From assembly GCA_030390025.1 (NCBI GenBank), contig CM059432.1:57848001-57912000 (forward strand): a DNA stretch of 64,000 nt. Reading direction: 5' to 3'. The notes under the pieces were generated by a model. The model was not told the DNA's origin, did not search any database, and was given only the letters and a program-made list of their open reading frames with translations. This document shows, in pieces, positions 13,085-25,854 of the stretch (within the stretch, counting starts at the first letter, position 1; each line of letters opens with the position of its first letter). This DNA comes from Squalus acanthias. Lineage: Eukaryota. Both the position numbers and the translations under genes were made by a program.

Positions 13085-13745
13085 TTTAGTATTTGTCACT
13101 TGTTTGATACAAGTGCCTGAGGTTAGATGTCTCCTCCGGTGGATTGGAAGAATGCAATGGCATGAAACTTCTTGCTGTGGCAACCTTTCCTTCTATGGGA
13201 AGAACTGCCCCTGTTCCAGATGTTGTCTGCAGGTTATCCAGCAGCAAATGGTACAACTCTGTGGCAGCCACTCCTGAGAAGTGGAGGTGGTGAAGACAAG
13301 TCTCCTCTGATATGTCCAGGTAGGCTTTTGAGAAGTATACAAATGTGGATCCTGGGGTAGTGACAGGCGTGGACCAAACACTTCAAGTGTCATAGCAACT
13401 GCTCTTGTTGACCCTCATGAACTCCTCTAAATCATGCAGAGTACCTACTCTCACCACTCTGTATGGTGCAATTTAAATGCCAGCAGCAACGAAGAGTGAT
13501 GTTATTTAAAGCAGGCCTTCCCAGCAAAACCAGCTAATGCAGGGAGCATAATGCAGCAAAAATGGAATTAAAATGCCAGGGTGGGGGCGGGAAGTCCCCA
13601 GCTATGCTGGGATTCTACCGTGTTTGCACTGCCCCATTAAATTCCAGTGGGAGGGCCATGGGCAGATCCTCTGCTTGCCTCCCCCATGTCTCAGGGGTGT
13701 GTCTGGGGAGTTCCTGAGTGGGCCCTCAGGAATTTCAAGTCCAAA

Positions 13746-13989
13746 GGTGGAAAAATTCGGTCGCGCCCCCTTTGGAGCGCTAACTCCGCCTGGGGCGCTA
13801 CTTTTAGTGCCCTGAAAAAGTTAGCACCCCCGCACCGTAAATTGAGTGGTAGCGCCCCAAGCAGGAGGCGGGACGCTACTGGAAGCGCTCCCGCTCCCTC
13901 TTGGGGTGCTACCATTCAATATCGCGGTGCTACGTGCAACAGCGCCCGGAGCGCTAACGGGAGGCACAAAGCACCCCAATTTTTCCCCC
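13746..13989 (-). mobile_element. Harbinger MITE, short inverted relative of 43586-44346
   Basis: aaa|GGTGGAAAAATT...AATTTTTCCCCC|aaa with a 3-bp TSD; shared gcgctaac/gttagcgc subterminal motifs. Confidence 0.85.
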
Positions 13990-14524
13990 AAAGACTTTTA
14001 CCAGGATCCAAAACTCCCATCTCCCTTTAAGTAGGAGTGGCGTTAGGACCATGCATTCAGGGGCCCCGAGTGGATCCAGTGATAAGTTCAATGATCTCAA
14101 CTTTATTGATGGAGGGGCTCCAAACCAAACCTTTGCGCAGATGCTACTCCTGCCTTGTAAGATAACTGCATGAGCAGGCCCAGACACCCAGTTTACACGA
14201 ACGAGGTGCATGCTATGAGTGGAATCTCACTCAAAGTCAGAATATTCAGCCTGAGGCCTGTTTTAAGTTATTTAAATAAGTCTCATGCATTTCAGTAAAA
14301 TGGCTTCATTTTTTGATCCCAAATTGTCCATCGGGAAATTGTGTGCGACGCAAGTGTAGCATGTGAGATCAGGGCCGGATTTTCTAATCTGTGCCCGCTA
14401 CCAGCGACGCTCTACACAGCAGGCAGAGGTTTGTAAAAGTAGGGCTTAAATATCTCCAGCTAATGAATAACTGGAAAGTTTTGAAATTGCAGCAGCTGAC
14501 CTGACCCCTGGCAAGAAGATACTA

Positions 14525-15080
14525 CGGGTAAGCGTTCTCCAAGGCAACCTTAGAAACACACGACAACGCAAAATCATCGAGCAGAAACTGATAGCCAAGT
14601 TCCGCACTCATGAAGACGGTCTCAACCGGGATCTTGGGTTTATGTCACGATACATGACGTGATCCGGACTCGAGTCGTCGTTGGCTTGTTCACAGATGTG
14701 ATTCCCAGTAAAAAAGTAAAAATTTTCCTAGTAAAAAAGTAAAAATTTTAAAGCTTTTCGTTTTACATGCAGACGGCAGCTTTTGACACGTTAGAACCCC
14801 TGCGACTACACCTCATTGTCTCAGTTGTATCTTGCTATGTCTTTGATGTGGTACCTTCCTGGCTGACTTAATTAACTTTATCACACCTTGGCAGATAGTC
14901 AGGATGATTTAATTTAGTGGTCTGCAATTGTAAGGTACACATGCTTTGTTCTCTATCTATATATGCTTTGGCGATTCTGTATCTAATTTACTTCACCTGA
15001 GGAAGGGGCAATCGATAGCTCCGAAAGCTTGTGATTTCAAATAAAACTGTTGGACTATAACCTGGTGTTGTGCGACCTCT
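14525..15080 (+). mobile_element. 5'-truncated Penelope-like element: C-terminus of the GIY-YIG ORF plus 3' region with hammerhead
   Basis: 14525-14662 reads RVSVLQGNLRNTRQRKIIEQKLIAKFRTHEDGLNRDLGFMSRYMT*. A 13-bp direct repeat CAAGAAGATACTA lies at 14512-14524 and 15081-15093. Confidence 0.85.
14993..15034 (+). ncRNA. Minimal type I hammerhead ribozyme motif
   Basis: UCAC-CUGAGGA-A-GGGGC(AAUCGAUA)GCUCC-GAAA-GC-UU-GUGA: stem I UCAC/GUGA, stem II with one G-U pair, palindromic AGCU helix III. Confidence 0.72.
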
Positions 15081-16639
15081 CAAGAAGATACTAATCAGAG
15101 GTTAGTTGACATGATGCCAATTGACTGCTTTTTGTATGCTAATGAATGTGCAATATCTGTGCTGCTGCTGGTGGAAGTGGTAAGGGTGTTGAGAAGGAAA
15201 TATAGACAGCCGCATTTCCCAAAATCTGAATTCATTTTTTAATCAAATGGTTTATAAAATATAAAGATGCATTCTAGTGGATACAGTCATTGCTGTCTTC
15301 GCAAAGGGGGTGCACCATGATTTTGAAAAAATCAAATGCCAAAAATTAATTAAAATCACAGGAATCTAAAGGCTGACAAGAAAGAAAGTTGATTTTAATA
15401 CATAAAAGATCCAAAGCAAACTGAGGTGGTTCTTTTTTCTCTTTCAGGCCTCGCGGCACATGAGTCAATCCATTTCTTCCCCTGCTGTTTACATCGAGCA
15501 GATTGTGCTCTGGGTTGTTTTCACAATGAAGACCCTTTTTATGTGGACAAGTTGTAACTTGTTAGTCTGACTCACCACCCCCTAGCAGAAGGACTGGCTG
15601 GATACAGTTGAGGTGGGGTCACTCACTCCCATCGGATGCGAGTACCCCGCTGAATGTCAACCCAGTATTTAGAGGCCAGAGCTTTGATCTCCTGCTCACC
15701 AGGTCTGTGATGGAGGGGCCACTTCACTGCCATCGGATGTGAGTGCCCCGACTGGTGGTTCAGTTGCATCAAAAAAAAAGGCACTCAGCTGGTTGAAGAA
15801 AACTAGCGGTAAGCTATTGAAGTTCATTCCTAAAGGAGAATCTTCATTCCCAGAATCACATTAGTCTGATAAGTTAAAATACATTTTTATGTGAAACAAT
15901 CTCCTGCTTCAATAAAAGTTCAGTGGAAAGAACTGTGTGTAACACATACCTTAAGAAGAATGGGAGACTTGCAACACTCCAGTCCACGGTCAGTATGCGG
16001 AATGTCAGTTGTAAATATTTCACAGTAGCATTTCACATACATAATTACTGTGCGCCTTTTATGGTGTCTGCAGCAGTCAGTCACCATTTATAGCCCTTCA
16101 GTGCTGATCCTGCCCTAGAGTATATGGGGACAAGGGGAGGGCACTCAATTAGTGTGGGCAGGTGATACCCAGGCCACTACAGGTTCATCTCGGGCATCCA
16201 TCAGTCCACACAGGCTGGAAATTCTGGTGTCGCTGCCATCCAGAGGGTGTGGCTGATCTGTCTGGAGAAACAATTTCCTGACCCTTTCAACTCCCTTAGA
16301 AAGAGAGCTGATAAAATATCTTTATATATATATTTTTTTTATACCTTATGCCAAGTCCTATGGTGGTTAGGGAAGCAGGAACTGACAGTGTAGGGACCTC
16401 CTCCTCTCCACAAATGTCATGGGGGTCTTATGTTTTGGGTAGATGGAACTTCCACCCCAGACTAAGCCCCCATCTCCACCAGAAACTACCAGCAAAGGCT
16501 AGGTCCTGACCTACACTCCTAAGTTTTCTGGGTCATTGTGTGATATCATGTCCAAAATTTCATAATGTCTATCTCATCTCCTAAACAAGGATGCTTTCCT
16601 TTAGCTCTGCTGCATCCGTCCACAAAGTCCATATACATC

Positions 16640-18290
16640 TCAGAAGACTGGGTTGAGGCACAGGTAAGGTGGATTCAGGTCATGGAGGGATTTTTAAACA
16701 AATGCATTAATATCAAAATCAACAGGGATGGGGAACCACTAGAGGCTAGAGAGGGCAGCGTGATGGGTGAACAGGAGGGAGTAAGATTAGGATACAGTTG
16801 TTCTGGAGGAGTTAGAGTTTGTGTGGAGTGGAGCTCGGGAAGTTGTGAGAAGAGCATTGAAGAAGTTGAGCCTGGAGTTGCCAAAGCCATGGATGAGGGT
16901 TTAGGGGCAATGAGGGTGAGGTAGAGACAGAGTGGTTCAAAGCTCAGCTCAGCTCAGCTCAGCAAGGTTGCTCATTTTTAAGTTCCAGCTTGAGTGAACA
17001 GCTGGGGAATAGCCAGAATCGGGGCAGAAACCAAACCAGTTAGCTTTTGTATTGCCAGTGTTTTGCTGGAAGAAGTTTTGGCTCATCCATGACTTGATGT
17101 GGCACAGGCAGTCTGATAGCATAGTAACAGAGAGTAAAAGCTGGCTGTCGTCCGCATACCTATGAAAGCTGACTCCATGTTTACAGATAATTCCAGCAAA
17201 CGTCTGCAATTCCACTCCGCTGCCATAATTATGGCGGAGCCCTGCTGGAGAGGAAAACCTGACACCACCAGAGTTCGCAGCGTCCAGATGGGATCAGGTA
17301 TTTATATAAATCAGTAGGTCAGCTTTAGCAGTATTGGTGCATTTTGGGTGCCTGTTGAGGTGGGGGTGGGGGGGGGGGGGGGGGGGGTGGTGAAGCAAAA
17401 TGCGGCCCTTGAAACTTATGGGTAGGTAAAGTTGACAGAACCAGCTTAAAAGTGCAGAAATTTTCAAATCCGCATCCCTTGATTAGGGAGCAGATTTCAA
17501 TGTGACAGCCTTTTATTTTATGGGGTGTTCCAGGCCACGACCTTGGTCTGGAACAAAAGAAAGAAAGACTTGCATTTATATAGCACCTTTCACAACCACC
17601 GGACGTCCCAAAGCACTTTACAGCCAATGAAGTACTTTTTGAAGTGTAGTCACTGTAGGAAACACGGCAGCCAATTTGCCCACAGCAAGCTCCCACAAAC
17701 ACCAATGTGATAATGACCAGATAATCTGTTTTTAATGATGTTGATTGAGGGATTAATATTGGCCATGACACCAGGGATAACTCCCCTGCTCTTCTTCGAA
17801 ATAGTGCCATGGGATCTTTTACGTCCACCTATGAGAGTAAATGGTTTAACGTTTCATCCGAAAAACTGCACCTCCAACGGTGCAGCACTCCCTCAGTACT
17901 GCACTGGAGTGTCAGCTGAGATTTTTGTACTCAAGTCTCTGGAGTGGGACTTGAACCCACAACCATGTGACTCAGAGGCAAGGGTACTATCAACTGAGAC
18001 ATTGGCTGACACCTCTGAGTCCCACTTATGCCACTCCAGTGAATTGGCTGCCGGTTCTTGCCCCAAACTTTTCACCCTCAACAGTCATCTGCTGCTGGAA
18101 CCTCTCTTCAGGTACATCGCGGGCCCCAAGGAAGTTTGGGCCAATGTCACTGAGTGGCAGCATGTAGATTAGAAATAAGAGGGGGCTAAGGATAGAACCT
18201 TGGGCGTACCACTTGGGTACAGAGCAGAAGCCATAGCAGGATATGAGTCAGCTACTTTGGAACAAACTTGGGAGAATCCTTTAGAGAAAT
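16640..18290 (-). mobile_element. Degraded L2-type LINE RT, split by a TIR element (about 17205-18143) that itself holds a SINE
   Basis: At about 18150-18210 the minus strand reads QGSILSPLLFLIYMLPL. The RT resumes near 17195 with IICKHGVSFHRYADDSQL. Confidence 0.65.
17556..18012 (-). mobile_element. Full-length tRNA-headed DeuSINE (SacSINE1/AmnSINE1-like)
   Basis: A/B-box head (..GGGTTCAAGTCCC), Deu-like core (CAGTACTGAGGGAGTGCTGCAC..GTAAAAGATCCCATGGCACTATTTCGAAGAAGAGCAGGGGAGTT) and tail GCTATATAAATGCAAGTCTTTC. Partial copies at about 24826-24987, 50705-50805 and 59630-59760. Confidence 0.8.
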
Positions 18291-18454
18291 TTGTGAACTA
18301 GATTACAGTTTATGGAGAAATATAACATTGTCCTAAATCTTACTCGCTAAGGTCAGATAAAAATACCAGCCTATAGAAAGCTGCAGCTTAGTGTTTCTGG
18401 AGCTGACATATCGAGTACTTTAATGTGCAGTGTGTTTCAATGAAGTATGTCTAG

Positions 18455-20512
18455 AATCATCATAGACGTCATAGGATCATGGAAGTTTACAGCACAGAAG
18501 GAGGCCATTCGGCTCATCGTGTCTCTGCAGTCCGATAAAGAGCTATCCAGCCTAATTCCACTTTCCTGCTCTTGGTCCGTAGCCTTGTACATTACGGCAC
18601 TTCAAGTGCATATCCAAGTACTTTTTAAATGCGATGAGGGTTTCTGCCTCTACCACCCTTTCAGGCAGTGAGTTCCAGACCCCCACCACCTTCTGTGGAA
18701 AAATATTCTCCTCAACTCCCCTCTAATCCTACCAATTACTTTAAATGTATGCCCCCTAGTTACTAATCTCTCTGCTAAGGGAAATAGATCCTTCCTGTCT
18801 ACTCTATCTAGGCCCCTCATAATATTATACACCTCAATTAAATCTCCCCTCAGCCTCCTCTGTTTCAAAGAAAACAACTCAGCGTATCCAATCTTTCCTC
18901 ATAGCTAAAATTCTCCAGTCCTGGCAACATCCTCAGATAATGAAGCAGTCCATGTCCGCATGCAGCAAGACCTGGATAACATTCAGGCTTGGCTGATAAA
19001 TGGCAGGTAACATTCGCGCCACACAAGTGCCAGGCAATGACTATCTCCAACAAGAGAGAGTCTAACCACCGCCCCTTGACATTCAACGGCATTACCATCG
19101 CCGTATACCCCACCATCAACATCCTGGGGGTCACTATTGACCAGAAACTTAACTGGACCAGCCACATAAATACTGTGGCTACAAGAGCGGGTCAGAGGCT
19201 GGGTATTCTGTGGCGAGTGTCTCACCTCCTGAGTCCCTAAAGCCTTTCCACCATCTACAAGGCACAAGTCAGGAGTGTGATAGAATACTCTCCACTTGCC
19301 TGGATGAGTGCAGTTCCAACAACACTCAAGAAGCTCGACACCATACAGGACAAAGCAGCCCGCTTGATTGGCACCCATCCAGCACCTTAAACATTCACTC
19401 CCTTCACCACCTTGGCTGCAGTGTGTACCATCTACAAGATGCACTGCAGCAACTCGCCAAGGCTTCTTCGCCAGCACCTCCCAAACCCGCGACCTCTACC
19501 ACCTAGAAGGACAAGGGCAGTAGGCGCATGGGAACACAATCACCTCCAAGTTCCCCTCCAAGTCACACACCATCCTGACTTGGAAATATATCGCATTCCT
19601 TCATCGTCGCTGGGTTAAAATCCTGGAACTCCGTCCCTAACAGTACTATGGGAGTACCTTCATCACACGGACTGCAGTGGTTCAAGAAGGCGGCTCACCA
19701 CCACCTTCTCAAGGGCAATTAGGGATGGGCAATAAATTGCTGGCCTTGCTGACGACGCTCACATCCCATGAATGAATAAAAAAAAAATCCTCGTAAATCT
19801 CCTCTGTACCCTCCCTAATGCAATCACATCTTTCCTGTAATGTGGTGACCAGAACTGTACGCAGTACTCTAGCTGTGGCCTAACTAGTGGTTTTATACAG
19901 TTGTAGCATAACCTCCCTGCTCTTATATTCTATGCCTCGGCTAATAAAGGAAAGTATCCCGTATGCCTTCTTAACCACTTTATCTATCTGTCTTGCTACC
20001 TTCAGGGATCTGTGGACATACACTCCAAGGTCCCTCTATACTTCTCAGTATCCTACCATTAACTGTGTATTCCCTTGCCTTGTTGGCCCTCCCCAAATGC
20101 ATTACTGCACACTTCTCCGGACTGAATTCTATTTGCCACTTTTTGCCCACCTGACCAGTTCATTGATATCTTCCTGCAGTCTAGAGCTTTCTTCCTCACT
20201 ATGAAACACACGGCCAATTTTTGTGTCATCTGCAAACTTCTTAATCATGGCCCCTTCATTGAAGTCTAAATCATTGATATATACCACAAAAAGCAAGGAA
20301 CCTAGTACTGAGCCCTGTGGAACCCCACTGGAAACAGCCTTCCAGTCACAAAAACACCTGTTGACCATTACCCTTTGCTTCCTGCCACTGAGCCAATTTT
20401 GAATTGAACTTGCCTCTTTCCCTTGGATGCCATGGGGTTTTACTTTTCTGACCAGTCCGCCATGTGGGACTTTGTCAAAGTCTTGCTGAAATCCATGTAG
20501 ACTACATCAAAC
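18455..20512 (-). mobile_element. CR1-type LINE 3' half, interrupted at 18935-19786
   Basis: [19 protein letters not shown] and RRLRGDLIEVYNIM fragments; tail near 18460. Confidence 0.9.
18935..19786 (+). mobile_element. 3' part of the second LINE family (same as 9211-11670)
   Basis: ADKWQVTFAPHKCQAMTIS..., A-tail, TSD ATCCTC (18929-18934, 19787-19792). Confidence 0.9.
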
Positions 20513-20710
20513 ACGCAATACAGCAAGTTTACTTAGTCATGTACTCACCAATGTCCCATGTAAGCTGCGTGGCCACGCAGGGCTCCAGGAGTCCCGCGCA
20601 GCCGGCTTGCCAGCTTTTCAATAGAAAAAAAATTACTGGGAACATTGGTAATCATATGTAACATTTTGTGGTTTGGATGCTTTATTGAAACATTTTGAAT
20701 ACATTTAATT

Positions 20711-21472
20711 GGCCTCGATATTAAACCCACCCATGATGGGCAGGATGGGTTGGGGGCGTTTAAAAATGGGGAACGCATCCCCAACTCATCGAGAAAATGC
20801 CCGTTGCCGTTTGTAGGACAGCAGGTTTCATGGCGTGTGAGTGTCCCGTCCCTTAACATATTTAAATCAGGCTCCCAAAGTGTAATTGGGAGCCTGATTT
20901 AAAATTAACAGTTGCCGCGTGGGTTTCCCAGGTCTCAGGAAACACAGCAGTAAAACGGAGGCAGGAGCTACTGGATCAAGGAGGTAAGTGCCTTTTACAG
21001 CACTCCATGTGGACCAGAAGGAGCAGGAATGTTCCCTGCGGCCCTTCAAGGAAGCCTTCGACCTCCCCCTCCCCCCCGCTGATCGCGGCCTCTCTCTTCT
21101 CCCCCCCCCCCACCCCAGCCCCCCCATCTCGCTCCCTCCTTCCCGTGAAGTCCTCTCTCTACCCCCAAGCCCCAATGTCTCACTCCTTCCCTCCCTTCCT
21201 CTCGCGTTGGCCTTTCTCACCCCCCTCCAATCCCCGATCTCTCGCTCCCTCCCCCCGATTGTTGGGATTGTCCCCCAGGTCCCAGGCTGCGGCCTCCTGC
21301 TGCTGGTTTTCCCACCCGGCAGCCAGCCAGCCTGTGAATTTGGCCGGCTGCCGGGCAGGAAATGTAAGAATTTTTTTTAATGAGTTCCTGCTGTTAAATT
21401 CGGCAGCACCTCCGCATTCCGGCCTTGGCGGGTTTTTCCAGACCCATGTACCCCTCCGTAAATATCGGGGCC
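20711..21472. mobile_element. Harbinger-type MITE
   Basis: TIRs GGCCTCGATATT / AATATCGGGGCC. The right TIR equals the terminus of the two-gene Harbinger ending at 35423. Confidence 0.75.
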
Positions 21473-22127
21473 TGAGTTTCTGAACCCTTACTCAGTTGCT
21501 CAAAGCTTTTAATCTAGTTCATTTGTAAAAAATGTAGTATATTCAGTAGGCTAATTAAATTAGACTATACAGCATCTAAAATCATTGATCCCAAATTGTT
21601 GCATTGTTCCATCAATTCATTTACTTTTGCATTCAGCTCTTCTAAGGCGTAATGGCAATTTTAGTTTTAAACGCTATTTAATGCTGCTATACTTTTCCAC
21701 TGAATTGTGCAGGAATAAAATGCTGTCTTTCACCTTTCAAAGCATTTTCAATCAAGTTAACGGGATTTTTTTAATTATATGGTCTTCTGACTAGGGTGGA
21801 TTAAATCACTTGGAAGACTATTATGCAGTAGAAACCTCAGCTGTTCAATTATATTTTATGGTGCTGATCCATCAGGATTTGTATTCCTAATACTTTCAGA
21901 TGATGGCATTTCGCTCCTTTTTTTACCTTTTATATCAACAAATAAGAATTGGACAATAACGCTGCCGGGATACGTTCACCTGTAAGATCTCTTACCTGCA
22001 TAAAATAAACGTAGAGCATAGATTAATATTTTGATGTGAAGGTATCCAACATTTTAAAAGGAAATGCATTCAAAGTCAGTAGAGGATCGTTTCTAATGAT
22101 GAAGGAAAACAGTGGAAGGATCCACAC

Positions 22128-22910
22128 TGGGGTTGAAATTCAACTTGCGCCAGTTTCCAGTGCGAAATGGGTGGTGCGATGCGTATATGCGCCCGAAAGG
22201 GTTGACCTGATGCCCGTTTGGGCCTTGGGCCTTATCGACATGAAACCAACAAATTGCAGATACCAATTGGGTGCCCGGATGCAGCCCGCCAGTCAGGGCC
22301 TTAGTATTTCAACCAGATCCTGGGAGGGTCAAGGTGGGTGAGCCCAGGACAGCAGTGGCCCGCAGTGCTTTTGTGGAGTCAGCAGGAGCACTCCTGCTCC
22401 TACATAACTCCACAGAAATGAAACTATTAAACAGTCTGTTTATCTTTTTGTGGGCAGCCTCCAGCAATTCCTTTTAAGGACTGCTGGTTAGGCGGCTGAA
22501 GACCCGGAACAACTCTCCACCCAGTTGCTCACCGATTTTTGCATCAGGGTCTAAAAGCCAGCAATAGGACCCTAAATTTCATGTTCAAGGCACTTTTGGC
22601 ATCCTGAAGTAGCAAGTTAACTATCTGGACCAATCAGGGGCTACATTACAGTGCAATCCCCACAGGAGCTCCAGGATCCTAATTGTTTGTTAGATGTTCC
22701 ACAACTTTGTTCAACAAAGAGACTTGATAATGGATGAGGAGGAGGTCATTCTGGGAACAATGCCAGAGTATGAGTCAGACAGTGGCCATGAGGCTGCAGT
22801 TCCTGAAACACTAGTGCAGCCAACAACACAGAGCCACAAGCACTCACATTTAGCTACACGCCTGAACTGCCTTTTAAGGAATATCTTCACCACATGTACA
22901 AAATAAAGTG
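22128..22910 (+). mobile_element. Old internally deleted Harbinger remnant (transposase C-terminus)
   Basis: GGGGTTGAAATT-type end. About 22633-22906 reads SGATLQCNPHRSSRILIVC*MFHNFVQQRDLIMDEEE, homologous to the end of the 62833 transposase. Confidence 0.55.
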
Positions 22911-23407
22911 GCACAAATTATCTCCAGCAACACTGTCCTCTGGACTTCCTCAACTACATTTAGTGCCCATCCTTTGCTGTGCTGATAACTTATTCTGCAT
23001 AATTATAAAGAAAGTTATTGCTCAAAGTTCAATTGAATGAAACCAGTTCATTTCCTACTTTCTATGATATGTGAGCGTTGTCAGTGTACGTATTTTGCCA
23101 CAGTGCTTCCCCTTACTGCTGGTGGATCATGTGCAGTGTCTAACACCTAACCCACTACCTCACCTAAGTAATTCTCCTATGAAAGGAGGTTGTGCTGGCT
23201 GACTGCAGGGTGTCCATGAGAGCCAATTGAGATTCTGGTGGCTTTTACTTCCTTCTGCTATTTCTTGTGATGGATGTGTAACTGAGTCAGCCATGTATGA
23301 TGCTGCAAACCTAGCTCTGTTTTTGTCCCCAGCTCCAAATCATTTTTATATACACTAAACAGCAATGTCATCAGCACTGGTCTCTGTGGCACTTTGCCTA
23401 GTAAGCC

Positions 23408-24448
23408 CTTGGCAGCTGTAACTAGCGGGGTACCGCAAGGATCAGTGCTTCGACCTCAGCTGTTTACAAGCTATATCAATGACTTAGATGAGGGGACTGA
23501 GTGTAATGTATCCAAGTTTGCTGACGATATAAAGTTAGGTGGGAAGGTAAGTTGTGAGGAGGATGCAAAGAGGCTGCAAAGGGATATAGACAGGTTAAGT
23601 GAGTGGGCAAGAACATGGCAGATGGAATATAATTTGGAGAAATGTGACGTTATCCACTATGGTAGGAAAAATAGAAAAGCAGGATATTTTTTAAATGGGG
23701 AGAGATTGGGAAATGTTGGTGTTCAGAGGGACCTGGGTGTCCTTGTACACGAATCACTGAAAGTTAACATGCAGATACAGCAAGCAATTAGGAAAACAAA
23801 TAGTATACTAGCCTTTATTACAAAAGGATTGGAGTATAAGAGTAAAGAAGTCTTACTGCAATTATATAGGGCCTTGGTGAGACCACACCTGGAGTATTGT
23901 GTACAGTTTTGGTCTCCTTACCTAAGGAAGGATATACTTGCCATAGAGGGAGTGCAACAAAGGCTCACTAGACTGATTCCTGGGATGGGGGGATTATCCT
24001 ATGAGGGGAGATTGAGGAGACTAAGCCTATGTTCCCTAGAATTTAGAAGAATGAGAGGTGATCCGATTGAAACATATAAAATTCTTACAGGGCTTGACAG
24101 GGTAGATGCTGGGAGGGTGTTTCCCTGGCTGGGGATTCTAGACCTAGGGGTCACAGTCTCAGAATAAGGGGTCGACCATTTAGGACTGAGATGAGGAGAA
24201 ATTTCTTCACTCAAAGGGTTGTGAATCTTTGGAATTCTCTACCCCAGAGGGCGGTGGATACTCAGTCATTGATTATATTCAAGACAGAGATCAATAGATT
24301 TTTGGATATTAAAGGAATCAAAGGATATGGGGATAGTGCGGGAAGGTGGAGTTGAGGTAGAAGATCAGCCATGATCTTATTGAATGGTGGAGCAGGCTCA
24401 AAGTGCCGAATGGCCTACTCCTGCTCCTATTTCTTATGTTCTTATGTT
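23408..24448 (+). mobile_element. CR1-type LINE, 5'-truncated
   Basis: ORF 23394-24167 carries RT motifs; tail CCTGCTCCTATTTCTTATGTTCTTATG. Confidence 0.92.
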
Positions 24449-25795
24449 GACACACCTCCATTCACAATCTTCCTTTAGTTTAGCCAATTTTTGGGATGCC
24501 AAATAGGTGGAAATCTGACATAATGGATGTCTGCCCATTTTTCTGATCAGTTACACCCATTTTACGTCCGGTAATTGTATGTGGATGATAACGATGATAA
24601 TTGCAGAAAATTTAGACCATTGATGTTTTACAGATTGATGCCAGGTCGCTGCCCCTTTTCTGCTTCACACACAATTCCAGGGGTTTCCGGGAGGAGGGGC
24701 GGTTTAGCACTCCCACCTGGAATAGGTGCAAGTATTTAAATACCATGCTAACGAAGCAGGACTGACATCATCATGCAACCTGCCTCATTTTACTGGGTCT
24801 CCACTTGCCAGAGACCTGGCAGCGCATTATCACGTTGCTGTTTGTGGGAGCTTGCTGTGTGCAAATTGGCTGCCGCATTTCCTACGTGACAACAGTGTCT
24901 ACACTTCAAAAATACTTAATTGGCTGTGAAGCACTTTGGGATGTCTTGAGGTCATGAAAGGCGCTATATAAATGCAAGTTCTTTCTTTAAAACTAGCACA
25001 CAGTGGAGTATAGTATGAATGCACAGTGGGAAATTTCCTCTGTGTGCTTTTCTGTAACAAAATAGTAAACCATTTACGATTTTGTCACACATAGTGCACA
25101 TGGAAATCTTCCCCCAGTGTGTGTCATCAGGCTACTTGATTGTGCAGACATAACAATGAGTCAAATTTTACCCTTACATGATGTCAAAACACATGCAGTT
25201 TCCTGCTGGGAGTCACTGGATAGCAATCTGGAGCAGTAACTCTGTATGCTCGTGATAAATGTATCCACTGAATTGTCAAGGTGCTGGAAATAACATTTTG
25301 TAATCAATTTTAAAATGTTCCTATTTCTCTCTGCAGTTATCACAGCGAATTCATGTTGTTTCATAGAATCATACAGCACAGAAGGAGGCCGTTGAAAGAG
25401 TTATCAAATTAGTCCCACTCCCCTCTTTCCCCATAGCCCTGCAAATTTTTCATTTTCAAGTATATATCCAATTCCCTTTTGAAAATGACTATTGAACCTG
25501 CTTCCACCATCCTTTCAGGCAGTGCATTGCAGATCATAACCACTCATTCTTTAACTCGTTTCATTAACTATATAACTATTTTTAATAATATAACTCACAA
25601 AAAACTTTTCTTTGGCTTTCTGTGAGCATAGGAATGAAATGCATTAACTCATCTGTGATAATCGTGTAGATAACTACTTTTATCAAGTATTGAACAGAAA
25701 TGTATAGACTGAACTTCTGTGATTATGTTGGTTTCTCAATAGTGTAAACGATGCACACCTTAAAGCACTAGACCAGTTTTAAAAAAGTAAACCTT

Positions 25796-25801
25796 TTTAT
25801 T
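25796..25801 (-). terminator. Candidate polyadenylation signal (AATAAA) for ADCY8
   Basis: tttatt on the + strand, about 55 nt past the ADCY8 stop and next to a (TA)n run; use is unproven. Confidence 0.35.
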
Positions 25802-25854
25802 TATATATATATATATATATAAAAGAAATACAAAATTTCAACACAATGAAAATG

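Noticed and set aside
17361..17390. Poly-G run, polyproline ORF, possible G-quadruplex
   Set aside because: Low-complexity tract inside a repeat, with no support for function.
17940..18012. tRNA gene (also 46810-46860 and 58135-58215)
   Set aside because: The A/B boxes run into SINE bodies and I could not fold a convincing cloverleaf.
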